Positions 33,901 through 43,555 of a stretch of 46,513 nt of DNA are shown one piece after another; the first letter of the stretch is position 1; each line of letters starts with the position of its first letter. Position numbers and translations under genes: made by a program. Below the pieces are notes generated by a model that was not told the DNA's origin, did not search any database, and saw nothing but the letters and a program-made list of their open reading frames with translations. This DNA is from Candidatus Zixiibacteriota bacterium (GTDB taxonomy: Bacteria; Zixibacteria; MSB-5A5; GN15; FEB-12): assembly GCA_041908405.1 (NCBI GenBank), contig JAYRFH010000019.1, positions 1 through 46,513 on the forward strand, given 5' to 3'.

Positions 33901-35242
33901 CGTCTCCTTCCTGGTCAAAACCAAAGCCGGACGGGAAGGATTGGTATTGTCCGGTGGCATGGTTTCAGAGGAAGGATGGGATTCGCCATTTGGCGTGGAT
34001 TGGCTGACTCTGAACCGTGTAATGCTGTTGCTGGGAGTCACGCCGGCCGGCTCGGTACAGCTTGGATTCAATGCGGATATGATCGTGGGAACGAAAGATA
34101 TCGATGTAGCGGTGTTGGTTGCGCTTAATGCTGCCTCCGGAGTGCCGACCAACTTCATGTTTGATGGAGAATCGGAGGCCGGGTTCGCCATCTCCGATGT
34201 CGTTGATCTGCAAACGAAAATGCTTGCCTCGTCGGGGCGTCCCGGCATACCGCTTGAAAACCTGCCGCCGCTCGGTCTGGAGAACGCGAAGCTCAAGTTT
34301 GCGCCAAAGGATTCACCGGAACTGGGTATCACACGAGGAATGGCGATCGGTGGTCTGCTCTATCTTGAGAGCGGTTCAGGAAAGAATAAAATCGCGGACG
34401 CGCTTTTGGATATCAGTCTGGAGGGGATAATCGGGAAGGGAAGCGTGACCGCCTTCGAGCTTGGACCACTAAAGCTTGATGAAGCGGATGTCGACCTGAC
34501 TCTCACGCGAGAGACGCAGCACTGCATTGTGAAAGGTCAGGCCAGCCTCGGCTTCATGAGCGCGATGGTTGATCTGAATATTTCCAAGAACGCCGCTCGT
34601 TTCGAGACCGAAGCAGAGATATTTGACGCGTTTCGAGCGAATATGAAAGCGAACGCGACACTGAGTTTGGCCAAGCCAGAGTTCCTTGTCGAAGCCGGCA
34701 TGCAGAATGACTTCAACGGCAGGATCGCCCAAGAGCTGAGCGACGGACTGCTGGGCTTTGTGCGGGAGAAAATGGACGCGGCCGTCAGAGCGAGCGACGC
34801 TGCCACCAGAAAGTGGGAAGCGGCTGTAGATGCCCGCAACCAGGCTCGTGACGTCTGGCTTGGCACACCCCTGTTCCCCCGTGACCAAAAAACCGCGCGG
34901 CGCAATCGGTGGTTGGCCACTGTCGCGACCGCGGCACGGGCCAACGCAGAGCGAATAGTAACCACGGGCGCCGCACGTCGCTGGACGCTGTTGCATGATC
35001 TGGCCTCAGGCGCTTCATCCGCCACCGGTGGCGGCAGGCTGATAGTCATCAACAGCGCCGATTTCAGCGCAGATATAGCCAACCTAAAGGGTGGCGCGGT
35101 GAAAAGGATGCACCTTGATCTGACCTTCCGGGGGAAGAAGGTCGATCTCAATCTGGCAGGATGGAATTTCAGGGAGATTCCCAAGAGCATTGCTTCATCG
35201 ATAAGCGGACTGGCCGGGCAACTCGTGAATACGGTAGACTAG
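30989..35242 (+). CDS. Giant secreted / cell-surface protein (1417 aa), unknown family
   Basis: Arg-rich n-region plus LIIVLCLAVLCPAVVSG signal or anchor. Two N-terminal Ig-like modules (...PVFTWTPLNVPPGYQLRYVLTIVEV...KRYVWQVQAVD). Internal duplication marked by KPGLN...KLGVE. T/S/P/G linker and an Ala/Arg-rich helical C-terminus. I see no catalytic motif. Confidence 0.75.
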   Translation: MLLDRYFIHFRAHRRGLVGSTLIIVLCLAVLCPAVVSGQDWGGTIFMHPFPSPYLSDYERNPTNGSLTITNNSGADADVILELTIIREQSGILAHGSSNPFTVTSGGTIQLNSDRFVDWGSVSYDGAFRDEILRTGRLPEGEYSICIAIRDIAGNSLATDICATFTIVYPAPPSLIFPMDGDTVITQYPVFTWTPLNVPPGYQLRYVLTIVEVLPGQSDHQALLANIPQYDNDQLVTTNFQYPMDGLPLEAGKRYVWQVQAVDQNGFPPSSNQGRSEIWSFVVRSASDSVLSSGPLIVEIAPDATGSLSDFNTSSFESVAGRLDTYNRTGGTVQIPMKADDGSSTFDKVVLKAAEHGIFIDRDKKSIAVKGEWTKAGHTYEVMFTAFWGDEHDPRQKSLTLKGPLLSRVFPEVLEGLEEEYLMFATADFDLKVEDLPDNAAEFFGAADEVELKPGLNFLGKFDLHRAPNLADVMSKLGVEEPYTELRGYITRDVSFAFSKGEKPTRDITWEIALVGKVPITRSLISWMPEADAELEIAWEREKSSKQGPDSLEKKLTPKLSLIAKVTFPFLQSAARLNDTIEVTGAIALEFESASKPDVIASLAFDDIINFPKFENVFKFHDPEIEWNITKGDVTLKGEFDFGKFEKAGTIEVEIAKKDTTTTKVDSTGLQPSTNSTSGSPGGATPTTGTPALPSKVNLAAMMNKEQPEPMSGEKKKSNREVKVTAKFSQSALRSLTPWNLVKTGLNLAENLGVEPEFLKDVPSLQELAMSFSPGQPSSAVLRGKTEFQGSSTDVVVARAETPTKKGFVLGLKPENWSIKKYVPDFSMPGLDNLDLSNVALIFSNVEGVMPSSEMTEEEFSFYSAAYGSDQFSAVIKPGLNLIATIPGEDLVSDGPLLAIMNKLGVERGKVLLQGSLSKRLKDAYFLAEFPAMQPEGAPEWFKSGQMAVELTGQPSIALAGLLTVAIEEDIVSFLVKTKAGREGLVLSGGMVSEEGWDSPFGVDWLTLNRVMLLLGVTPAGSVQLGFNADMIVGTKDIDVAVLVALNAASGVPTNFMFDGESEAGFAISDVVDLQTKMLASSGRPGIPLENLPPLGLENAKLKFAPKDSPELGITRGMAIGGLLYLESGSGKNKIADALLDISLEGIIGKGSVTAFELGPLKLDEADVDLTLTRETQHCIVKGQASLGFMSAMVDLNISKNAARFETEAEIFDAFRANMKANATLSLAKPEFLVEAGMQNDFNGRIAQELSDGLLGFVREKMDAAVRASDAATRKWEAAVDARNQARDVWLGTPLFPRDQKTARRNRWLATVATAARANAERIVTTGAARRWTLLHDLASGASSATGGGRLIVINSADFSADIANLKGGAVKRMHLDLTFRGKKVDLNLAGWNFREIPKSIASSISGLAGQLVNTVD

Positions 35243-35261
35243 CAGGGGAAGTCTGGCGTGT

Positions 35262-36956
35262 ATGAGATACTGCAGGTTCGCGCTCTATTTCTTACTTATT
35301 GCAGCACCCGGCCTGCTCGCTCAGACGACTCCGCAGGCGGCGGTTAGCGCGCTGAGAGGAGAGGCGATCAGCTTTACCGGCGAACTGGGGAGTTATGGTG
35401 AATTCTACAGCATGTCCGGTCGAGACGCACGGCGGCCATCATCCTCAGCGCGCGCGTATTTTCGACCGACACTCTCGTTTTACAACTCCCTGAGCATATC
35501 GGCCAATATTCTTTTCTCCACTGAAGGGAATTCGCGATCAGCCCGGCGGCAGATGAACCAGATAAATCAATTTGGCATACAGCCGCGTTGGAAATGGGGA
35601 TATATCAACGCCGGGGACTTTTTCGAATCCTACACGCAGTACACGTTGAACGGGCTTGCAATACGAGGTGGAGGCTTCTCGATCAATCCCGGACAGCTAC
35701 GACTCGCCGCGACTGGTGGTGTCACGCGACGCCTTGGAGCCACGTCCACCGAAGGAGAATTCGACCGAGAGGTATACGGTGGGCGAGTCGGGGTGGGGCA
35801 GGAGGCGAGTTCGTTTTTCGACATTCTGCTCATCTCTGTCAAAGATATTCCTTCCAAGTTCAAACCTGTAGAGCCCGACACTATCATTCCACGCGACTCT
35901 ACTCAGATAGGAACGGAACTGCCGTACAGCGAGACTCCACAGGAGAATCTGGTGGTTGGAGTTGCCGGGGCACTGCGACTATTCAAAGGCGCATTCACTC
36001 TAAAGTCCGAGGCGGCCGGCAGTGCCCATACGAGAGACATGAACTCGCCGGAGCTTGACAACGATGAGATCCCTGAGTTCATCAGGAAGCTATTTACACC
36101 GAGGTTGAGCAGCAGTGCAGACTTTGCCTATTCGACTAACCTACAGTTGCGTCTTGAAGCACTGAGCCTGAAAGCGGGGTATCGATATGTCGGCCCCGGA
36201 TATGTGTCGCTTGGTGTGGCATCATTGAACTCGGACGTGCGGGAGATATCCTGGGGCGCTGATCTGCGCCGTCAGCAGTGGTCAACTTCGGTGGCCGTCG
36301 CGCGGCAAAACGACAACCTGGTTGGCAGTAAACTGCATACGACCGTCCGCTATACCTATACCGGAAATCTGACCGCACGTGTGACCCGGTTATGGCATTG
36401 GTCGTTGATGGGGAATATCCTGACGCTGCGTAACCATGCCACCTCAGACTCCGCCCTCGTGAGCTTCTCGACAGTTACACTTGGAGCTAACCAGCAGATG
36501 ATGCTCGATGGCCGCACATTTATCAAAACAGTGGGGCTGAATTACCTGTTCACGCGGGCCGCGGATGACAACATCTTCAGGCCCGGAAACAAACTGCAGT
36601 CACACACAGTCAGCGTCAACAGTAACATGGCGGTTTCCCGCAATGTATGGATTGTGCCGATGGTCAGTCTTGTCTCTTCGCGTCAGGGAGGCAATGCGCG
36701 GCAGACGTTTGAGACATACTCGATCACGCCGCAATGGCGGACGATGCAGAATCGTCTATTCCTGTCAGCCGGAGTCGGTCTGACGCGCTCGCAGTCGTCG
36801 ACATCGCTACAGACCGACATCACCGCGAACTATCGCCTGTCGGCAAAAGCTTCTTTACAGGGATCGGTGCGTCGGCTCGGCTTTAATGGGGACGGGCTGC
36901 AGGGACCGGATTATGGCGAGTACGTGTCATCGATCAAACTGACTCAGCGTTTGTAG
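35262..36956 (+). CDS. Putative outer-membrane beta-barrel protein (564 aa), unknown family
   Basis: Starts 19 nt after the giant gene. Signal peptide MRYCRFALYFLLIAAPGLLAQ, then more than 16 alternating-hydrophobicity strands (e.g. DFAYSTNLQLRLEALSLKAGYRY, TVRYTYTGNLTARV). No POTRA or plug motif recognised. The terminal residue is Leu, not Phe. Confidence 0.65.
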   Translation: MRYCRFALYFLLIAAPGLLAQTTPQAAVSALRGEAISFTGELGSYGEFYSMSGRDARRPSSSARAYFRPTLSFYNSLSISANILFSTEGNSRSARRQMNQINQFGIQPRWKWGYINAGDFFESYTQYTLNGLAIRGGGFSINPGQLRLAATGGVTRRLGATSTEGEFDREVYGGRVGVGQEASSFFDILLISVKDIPSKFKPVEPDTIIPRDSTQIGTELPYSETPQENLVVGVAGALRLFKGAFTLKSEAAGSAHTRDMNSPELDNDEIPEFIRKLFTPRLSSSADFAYSTNLQLRLEALSLKAGYRYVGPGYVSLGVASLNSDVREISWGADLRRQQWSTSVAVARQNDNLVGSKLHTTVRYTYTGNLTARVTRLWHWSLMGNILTLRNHATSDSALVSFSTVTLGANQQMMLDGRTFIKTVGLNYLFTRAADDNIFRPGNKLQSHTVSVNSNMAVSRNVWIVPMVSLVSSRQGGNARQTFETYSITPQWRTMQNRLFLSAGVGLTRSQSSTSLQTDITANYRLSAKASLQGSVRRLGFNGDGLQGPDYGEYVSSIKLTQRL

Positions 36957-36997
36957 GAACGCGGAGAGACTCCGGATACTCACTCGACGCAGCGATC

Positions 36998-39610
36998 CTA
37001 CTGCCTGACAACAAGCGTACCGTGGAGGCGGATATCTCTTGAAGATGCTCCTATCATTATCCTGAACTCGCCCGGTTCGATGGTCGGTTTGAGTTGAGCG
37101 TCGAGCATCGTCAAGAGATCAGGCGTGATGGCGAAGCTGAGTTTTCTTGATTCACCGGGATTGAGATGGATACGCTGGAATCCCTTGAGTTCCTGAACCG
37201 GGCGGGCGACCGATGCCAGCCTGTCGCGCAAGTAGAGTTGCGCTACTTCATCTCCATTGCGCAAGCCGACATTGGTCAACGTGAAAGAGACGATCGCCGT
37301 ATCCGAAGTTCCAACTTCAGCGGGAGAGATCGAAAGATCGCTGTAGGCAAACTCGGTGTAGCTCAGTCCATAGCCAAATGGAAACAACGGCTGACCAGTC
37401 AGATCATAGTAGTCATCACCGCGGCCGGTCGGCTTGTGGTTGTAAACGAAGGGGAGCTGACCCTCGGCCTTAGGGAACGTAATTGGCAATCGTCCCGCCG
37501 GGTTGACATCACCAAACAGGATATCCGCTACCGCATCGCCACCGGCTTCGCCGGGATACCAGACATCAACTACCGCGTCAACGGAATCGATCCACGAGTT
37601 CATGTTTATCGCACTTCCGCCGAGCAGCACGACCACAGTCGGTGTGCCAGTGGCGGCGACACGACGGATCAGTTCTTCCTGATGTCCCGGCAGGGCCAGG
37701 GATGCCCGGTCGCGAAACTCACCTTCCTCCAGACCAACCACCACGATCGCTCTATCGCACGCTGCCGCGGCTGATACGGCGGATTTGATCTGCGCGTCAG
37801 AGTTGTTCGTTAGACCGCAATTCCAGACCAGCCGGATCCGTCCATTACTGTACGGTTCGCGATAGTCGACGCGAATATGATACGTCTCATCTTTGACGAA
37901 CTTGTAGTCGATCAGGTGCGTGCCATACGATACGGTCCGCCATCTGTCGAGAACCAATGAATCATCAAGGTACAGGCGGTAGCCGTCGTTACCTTCGATT
38001 CCAATTTTGAATTTGCCACTGGCTGGCGGAATGAGCGAGCTGGTCCAGCGCACAGAGTAACAATCGAACGGGAGTTGGTCCGGGTCAGGTGAGAAAAGTG
38101 ACCATTGGAAATGCAGTTGTGGATCATTGCGCACGAGTTTTGGCGCGCCGGCAAGATCTGGATTGTCAAAGTATGCGGCGAGGAATCCCTGATGGGCCAC
38201 TCCATCCGAAGCGCCTAAGATCGCAGAGGCTGGTACCGTGATGAGATTCGTATCCAGCCGCGAACACCCTTTTGCGTAGCGAACTGCGATATCTTTGCCA
38301 GCGCGATCCCTTATTCCATCGAGAATTGAGACCGGATCATTCCCTGGACCGCTATATCCTCCAAGTCGTACTTCATCAGCATCGGGACCGATCACCGCGA
38401 TTGATTTCACCTGTGATATGGGCAGGGCATTCGCGTCGTTCTTGAGGAGTACTATTGATTCCTGCGCGGCACGGCGGGCTAGGGAGCGGCCATGTTCCGC
38501 ACGAGCCGAATCAGAGATTCCCGAACTGATATAAGAATCGTCAAACAAACCGAGTTCGAACTTGGCGCGAAGCACTCGCGCGACGGCGCTATCAATTACA
38601 TCCGATGGAATGCGACCATCCAGAAACGGAGCGATGAACAGGTTCGCGTGATCGAAAGAGGTTTGAAAAATAACATCGAGCCCACTTTCAAGCGCTCGCT
38701 CGCCGGACTCCGCGTAATCTTTGGCCGTGAAGTGGAGCACATTCGCGCCGCCGACCGCGCCGGCATCCGAAATCACGAATCCGTCAAACCCCAACTCCTC
38801 GTTCAAATACTGATTGTTCGACCATTGGTTAGCCGAGGCAGGGGAGCCATCAAGTGAATTGTACGAGGTCATGATCGACCGTGCGCCGCCGCGCCGAATA
38901 CAGGCATCGAATGGAGGGAGATATACCTCGCGTAGCATCCGCTCATTCAGATGGATCGGATACGAGTCACGGCCGCCATCGCCGACATTGGCCAGGAAAT
39001 GTTTAGGCGTGGCGATGATATTCCGCTTCTCGAATTCAGAGACATAGGCGACGCCCATGGCAGAAGCAAGGAATGGATCCTCGCCGTACGTCTCCTCGGT
39101 CCTCCCCCAGCGGACATCGCTCGCGATATTGACAACCGGGGAGAGGATCTGGCGAATACCTCGGCTTCGACAATCCTCTGCTATCGCCGCGGCAACTTCA
39201 TGCATCAGTGTGGTGTCAAAGGTTGCGGCGAGCGCAATCGCCTGGGGATAGGAAGTTGTGCCATGTTGAGCCAGACCATGCAATGCTTCCTCAAAAAAGA
39301 TGACCGGGATACCGAGACGGGTACTGTCGACAAAGTGGCGTTGGATCTGATTCGCATACTCAGCCGCAGAGACGCTGTCAGCGTTGAATCTGAGTTGGAA
39401 ACCAAACGCGCCATGTACGTATTTTGCCGGACCGTCCTCAAGACTTCCAGAGAGCATGAAGAGCTGCCAGAATTTCTCCTCTGGTGTCATGCGAGAGAGA
39501 AGATCCTCGACCCGCCTTTCGACTGGAAGAGTTCGGTCTTTGTATGGTTGCGCTACAGCCGAACAAGCGAAGATGCTAAGAAGAAGAATAGCTAGTCTAA
39601 TCGGATTCAT
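36998..39610 (-). CDS. bglX: Glycoside hydrolase family 3 beta-glucosidase with PA14 insertion
   Basis: Signal peptide. GH3 motifs include GIRQILSPVVNI and the nucleophile context GFDGFVISDAGAV. PA14-like segment FLAAYFDNPDLAGAP...GKFKIGIEGNDGYRLYLDD. Fn3-like C-terminus. Confidence 0.88.
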   Translation of the reverse strand: MNPIRLAILLLSIFACSAVAQPYKDRTLPVERRVEDLLSRMTPEEKFWQLFMLSGSLEDGPAKYVHGAFGFQLRFNADSVSAAEYANQIQRHFVDSTRLGIPVIFFEEALHGLAQHGTTSYPQAIALAATFDTTLMHEVAAAIAEDCRSRGIRQILSPVVNIASDVRWGRTEETYGEDPFLASAMGVAYVSEFEKRNIIATPKHFLANVGDGGRDSYPIHLNERMLREVYLPPFDACIRRGGARSIMTSYNSLDGSPASANQWSNNQYLNEELGFDGFVISDAGAVGGANVLHFTAKDYAESGERALESGLDVIFQTSFDHANLFIAPFLDGRIPSDVIDSAVARVLRAKFELGLFDDSYISSGISDSARAEHGRSLARRAAQESIVLLKNDANALPISQVKSIAVIGPDADEVRLGGYSGPGNDPVSILDGIRDRAGKDIAVRYAKGCSRLDTNLITVPASAILGASDGVAHQGFLAAYFDNPDLAGAPKLVRNDPQLHFQWSLFSPDPDQLPFDCYSVRWTSSLIPPASGKFKIGIEGNDGYRLYLDDSLVLDRWRTVSYGTHLIDYKFVKDETYHIRVDYREPYSNGRIRLVWNCGLTNNSDAQIKSAVSAAAACDRAIVVVGLEEGEFRDRASLALPGHQEELIRRVAATGTPTVVVLLGGSAINMNSWIDSVDAVVDVWYPGEAGGDAVADILFGDVNPAGRLPITFPKAEGQLPFVYNHKPTGRGDDYYDLTGQPLFPFGYGLSYTEFAYSDLSISPAEVGTSDTAIVSFTLTNVGLRNGDEVAQLYLRDRLASVARPVQELKGFQRIHLNPGESRKLSFAITPDLLTMLDAQLKPTIEPGEFRIMIGASSRDIRLHGTLVVRQ

Positions 39611-39620
39611 GCAAACCTAC

Positions 39621-41903
39621 TCACTCTACGGTGATCTCGTCAATAAATATCCAGGCCAGTCCGCCGGAGCCTTTGTGCCAAGTTGGGCATATCTTCTTAC
39701 TGGCGGTCTTTACTCGAATGTATCGGGCCGGGATCGGCTGACAATCCAGGTTGAAGGAAGCGATGATCGGCCCCCACTTTTCGGCAGGGGTTATATTTGC
39801 TGAGACGCCGACAGGACGAAATGTAACGCCATCCTCTGAGACAAAAAAGTTGACAGTGTCGGGCATGAAGATCCAGGAGTTGATATCCTGCAGAAAATTG
39901 GTATGGATACGAGAGAATGTTTGGCTAGTCCCGAGATCGATCGTGGCATCCATTTCCTCACCCTCGAAGCCGAGCCAGTGCATGTGGTAATCATCCCAGG
40001 CCAGCAACCCGTCGGTCAGAGCGGCCTTATCACCGCCGTGATATTTCTCGCTGGCCGGAGCTGCGAGCGTGACTTCTTTCCCTCGGGCGAGATGGTTTTT
40101 GGCGCCGCTATCCAGAAATCTGCGTGTGGCGGTATAATACTCGTCTGGTGTGATGCCATGTTCCCAGAGTCGGGGGATAGCGGCATCTTTACAGCGCCGC
40201 ACAAAAAGAGTGAGAAGCGAATCAATCTCCGGTCGGGGGCTGAGAATGCCGTTGTCTGCATCTTGAAAACAGCCATGCTCTCCGGCCCCAGCGACTTTCG
40301 CCTGCTCAAGCATAACATACTGCACCGGCAACCGCGCGGTATGGACGCGGCCGAGATGATTTGCATTCCCAGAAACCGCGGCCTCTGCACGATCGAAGAT
40401 CTGATTGTACGTGTCGAGCATTGAGAGCGAGAGGTAGCCATTCGCAGAGCGCACCGGATAGCCGTAAATATCCAGGCCTTCGCCGGAGTTGATAAGCGCC
40501 GCATGCATGGTGTCGATATACTGGCGAATATATGGCGCGGCAGGGCCGTAGTAGCTCACCAGAAAATCCTGCATCACTGAGTCAATGTTCACATCCGGAT
40601 TCCAAAGAAGTTTGGAGATGAGATAACTGCGAAGTTCGGAGAACTCCCCACCAAATCCGGAAAGTCCCTGCTCAAATACAGTGGTGATGCCGTGGCTGGC
40701 AAAGAACTGAATATTCGGCTGCAGCACATGCAGGTTGGGAAATGGACTCAACAGATGGCGGAAATCTATGACGTAATCCCAAAGGAAGATGTTGTTGGTC
40801 AGCCTGCTCCAATCCTCGACATCTCTAACGAAAGACGCATTGGAGAGATCCTCGGCGAGCGGTTTGCTCCGGTTACACTCAATACTGCACAGCATGATAT
40901 TCACATTGGGCAACGGCTTGAGAGTACGCGGTGCGGAGCGTGAGTATTGGTAAGCGAGAGTGGAGATCGTTTTGTCAGGGAACTGTTCGGCGACCTTATT
41001 GACGAACGCAAGAATGGACCCGGAGGGAGACCCCTCGACGCTGTCAATGGCGCGGCATCCATCACACTCGCACGGCACATATGTATCGTTCTGGGAAACC
41101 GACCAAAAGGTCGCCTGTGGCTTGGCTTGCATACGTGTGCGCAGTTCATCGCAGACAATGCGGAGAACATCGGGGTTGGTCAGGCAGAGCTGACCATCCG
41201 GCGTACGATTCCCCTTGAGCATTGAGAAGTATTCGGGGTGGTCTGAGAAATGCCTGGACGGTGGAACCAGCAACTGAAAGGTATGGACGAAAAGCCCGAA
41301 ATCGTCATAGGTGTTGAGTTTGTGCCAGGTTGTGTACGTTGAGTCGTGGATATTCTGCATCCGAAAGGTGATCGCGGGGACCTGGCGGTCGAAAACAGCG
41401 GATATGGTTATATCCGATCTCTTTGGAGTAAACCGTTCAGTCGGGCTGAACACGCGACACCCTAGATACGACTCGAGGAATGTGTAGACCGCGTTCCGTA
41501 GGCCGTAGGCTGTTGCGGCAGTGAAGAAGAAATCGTCACCGCGGGTGCGGATGATGAATCCGTCACTATGTAATGCCGCGATATCAATTGTAGTGTCCTC
41601 ACTCGCGCTGAGTTCAAACTGTATGCGTTTGCGGGCTATCGAAGAGCCTATCGATATCGGAATCAATGCCCCGGAGACCTCGCGAATATACTTCTGAAGA
41701 GTATTTGCACACTTGAGGAGTTCGGGAGGTGCATCTTGCGGAATGCACAACACATACTCGCTCTTTCCGTCGACAGCGAGTTGTATGGGATCAGTGGTGC
41801 TGTTTGATGTAGCCGTTTCTGCCGCAACTATCGATACCCATGCCAACACTATGAGGAGCGGCGAGAGGAGAACAGTCACACTATGTGGTCGCATATAGCT
41901 CAC
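39621..41903 (-). CDS. DUF4838 (GH20-related) protein with C-terminal F5/8 type C (discoidin) domain
   Basis: Signal peptide. FWSVSQNDTYVPCECDGCRAIDSVEGSPSGSILAFVNKV is characteristic of DUF4838. The tail ALTDGLLAWDDYHMHWLGFEGEEMDATIDLG...YIRV is discoidin-like. The start is either the GTG at 41903 (overlapping the GH29 stop) or the ATG at 41894. Confidence 0.78.
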   Translation of the reverse strand: MSYMRPHSVTVLLSPLLIVLAWVSIVAAETATSNSTTDPIQLAVDGKSEYVLCIPQDAPPELLKCANTLQKYIREVSGALIPISIGSSIARKRIQFELSASEDTTIDIAALHSDGFIIRTRGDDFFFTAATAYGLRNAVYTFLESYLGCRVFSPTERFTPKRSDITISAVFDRQVPAITFRMQNIHDSTYTTWHKLNTYDDFGLFVHTFQLLVPPSRHFSDHPEYFSMLKGNRTPDGQLCLTNPDVLRIVCDELRTRMQAKPQATFWSVSQNDTYVPCECDGCRAIDSVEGSPSGSILAFVNKVAEQFPDKTISTLAYQYSRSAPRTLKPLPNVNIMLCSIECNRSKPLAEDLSNASFVRDVEDWSRLTNNIFLWDYVIDFRHLLSPFPNLHVLQPNIQFFASHGITTVFEQGLSGFGGEFSELRSYLISKLLWNPDVNIDSVMQDFLVSYYGPAAPYIRQYIDTMHAALINSGEGLDIYGYPVRSANGYLSLSMLDTYNQIFDRAEAAVSGNANHLGRVHTARLPVQYVMLEQAKVAGAGEHGCFQDADNGILSPRPEIDSLLTLFVRRCKDAAIPRLWEHGITPDEYYTATRRFLDSGAKNHLARGKEVTLAAPASEKYHGGDKAALTDGLLAWDDYHMHWLGFEGEEMDATIDLGTSQTFSRIHTNFLQDINSWIFMPDTVNFFVSEDGVTFRPVGVSANITPAEKWGPIIASFNLDCQPIPARYIRVKTASKKICPTWHKGSGGLAWIFIDEITVE

Positions 41904-43357
41904 TCTACTTCAAACGTGAAACTCCAGGCGTGCTCGCACGGGGGGTTGGACCGAACTGAATCAGGGAGGTAAATCACAAATCCGCTCGTGGCCGCTTTCC
42001 AGGTGACGGGATCCGAGAAGCCTAACATCTTGACCTTACTGCCCGGTTTGGGAGTAAAGGCGGATATCGTAATAGTCTTCGGTGGCCGAATTTCGTTTTC
42101 GTCACCGAGATAGATCGCGTTGACGCGGCCATCCGGAAGCCGGGTAAAGCAGGTATTTCCTTCCTTGTATGGAGCGATGGCGCGCGTACTGTAAACCGCC
42201 TCGCTATTGACCCGCATCCATGCGCCGATCTCCTTGAGCCGCTCCAGAGAGACAGGAGGGAGTTCGCCCTCGGGGCTTGGGCCAATATTCAGCAGTAAGT
42301 TGCCGCCTTTGGCTACGATATCAACCAGCAGATGGATCAGTTGTCGGGTTGGTTTGTACGTGTCGGCTGCAACATAACTCCAGGAGGTGGCCATGGTCAT
42401 GCAGGTCTCCCAGATGTAATTCAGCGCGGTGTCCGGGATCTCCTGCTCCGGTGTACGATAATTCTGGTACCGGCCTTCGACCGCCCGGTCGACAATGATA
42501 AGACCCGGCTGCAATGAGCGGGCCATGGCGGCGATTGCCCGCATATCGATATTCTGGTCGCACGGCACTTTTCCCCAACGAGGCGACGTCGGTGTCATGG
42601 GCTGCACCCAGCCGCCGTCAAGCCAAAGAATGTCCATAGTGCCGTAGTCGGTCATCAACTCTCTTATCTGATTTGTCGTGAATCTCTTGAAGGACTCCCA
42701 CTTGTCGGGATAGCGGTTGATATCATAATTGACATTCCGGTCGAATGGCGGGAAATACGGCCACCAATAGTCGGGGTTGTGCCAGTCCGGTTTGGAGAAA
42801 TAGGCGCCTGTGCCAAATCCCTGGGCACGAAAGGCAGTGAATATCTCCTTGGCGATATTGGCGCGTGGATTCGCGCCGAAAGGGCATTTCTCGGACGTAA
42901 CCTTGTAGTCGGTCTCTTTGGTGTCGAACATGCAGAAGCCGTCATGATGTTTGGTCGTGAAGATGACATACTTCATGCCGGCTTCTTTAGCGGCCACGGC
43001 CCACGAGTCAGGATCAAATCTCACCGGGTTGAAAGTGGTTTGAAGGTTTTCATAGGCGCGTTTATACTCAAAGTAGTCTTGCGCCATTTCACCGCGACGT
43101 TCGCACCAGTTTTCATCCTCAGGGCAGAGCGACCAGCTTTCGACGATCTGCCATTGGCTGTAGGTCCCCCAATGCATCAGCAGGCCGAACTTCTGATCCT
43201 GGAACCACTCCAGTTTTTGAAGTACGGCGGGGTCGGTCTCCGTTTCAGCTGGAGCTTCCGGCTCTGTGGCGCACACAGCAGAGGCGAGTAGCGCCAAGAC
43301 GAGAAATGCAAGGCTAACAAGTGCATTGACAGGTGCAGGTGAGCTGCGGTGTATCAC
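41900..43357 (-). CDS. Alpha-L-fucosidase (GH29)
   Basis: I use the GTG at 43357, preceded by GGAGGAAAAC; the ORF-track start at 43420 is a TTG. Signal peptide ALVSLAFLVLALLASAVCA. GH29 motifs FGLLMHWGTYSQW, FTTKHHDGFCMFDT and LWLDGGW. Confidence 0.88.
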   Translation of the reverse strand: MIHRSSPAPVNALVSLAFLVLALLASAVCATEPEAPAETETDPAVLQKLEWFQDQKFGLLMHWGTYSQWQIVESWSLCPEDENWCERRGEMAQDYFEYKRAYENLQTTFNPVRFDPDSWAVAAKEAGMKYVIFTTKHHDGFCMFDTKETDYKVTSEKCPFGANPRANIAKEIFTAFRAQGFGTGAYFSKPDWHNPDYWWPYFPPFDRNVNYDINRYPDKWESFKRFTTNQIRELMTDYGTMDILWLDGGWVQPMTPTSPRWGKVPCDQNIDMRAIAAMARSLQPGLIIVDRAVEGRYQNYRTPEQEIPDTALNYIWETCMTMATSWSYVAADTYKPTRQLIHLLVDIVAKGGNLLLNIGPSPEGELPPVSLERLKEIGAWMRVNSEAVYSTRAIAPYKEGNTCFTRLPDGRVNAIYLGDENEIRPPKTITISAFTPKPGSKVKMLGFSDPVTWKAATSGFVIYLPDSVRSNPPCEHAWSFTFEVE

Positions 43358-43422
43358 GTTTTCCTCCGAGAGGTCACGGGTCCGGATAAATCGATGGCCG
43401 TCTCCATACAGGATAAGCAACT

Positions 43423-43436
43423 CCCTGATATCAGGG
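43423..43436. promoter_or_regulatory. Perfect 14-bp palindrome CCCTGATATCAGGG in the divergent glycan-locus promoter region
   Basis: Read directly from the sequence. It lies between the GH29 operon (minus) and the GH130 operon (plus). The operator role is inferred. Confidence 0.35.
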
Positions 43437-43555
43437 CAAGTCGTGATTTCCGGGTAAGCGGCCGGGAGAGCCGAAAAAAGCCCTTGTCGAATGGGCGGAT
43501 GTCGTCTATCCTACCGTCATGTAGCCGCGATTGTGACTGAGATCTTATGAACTAG

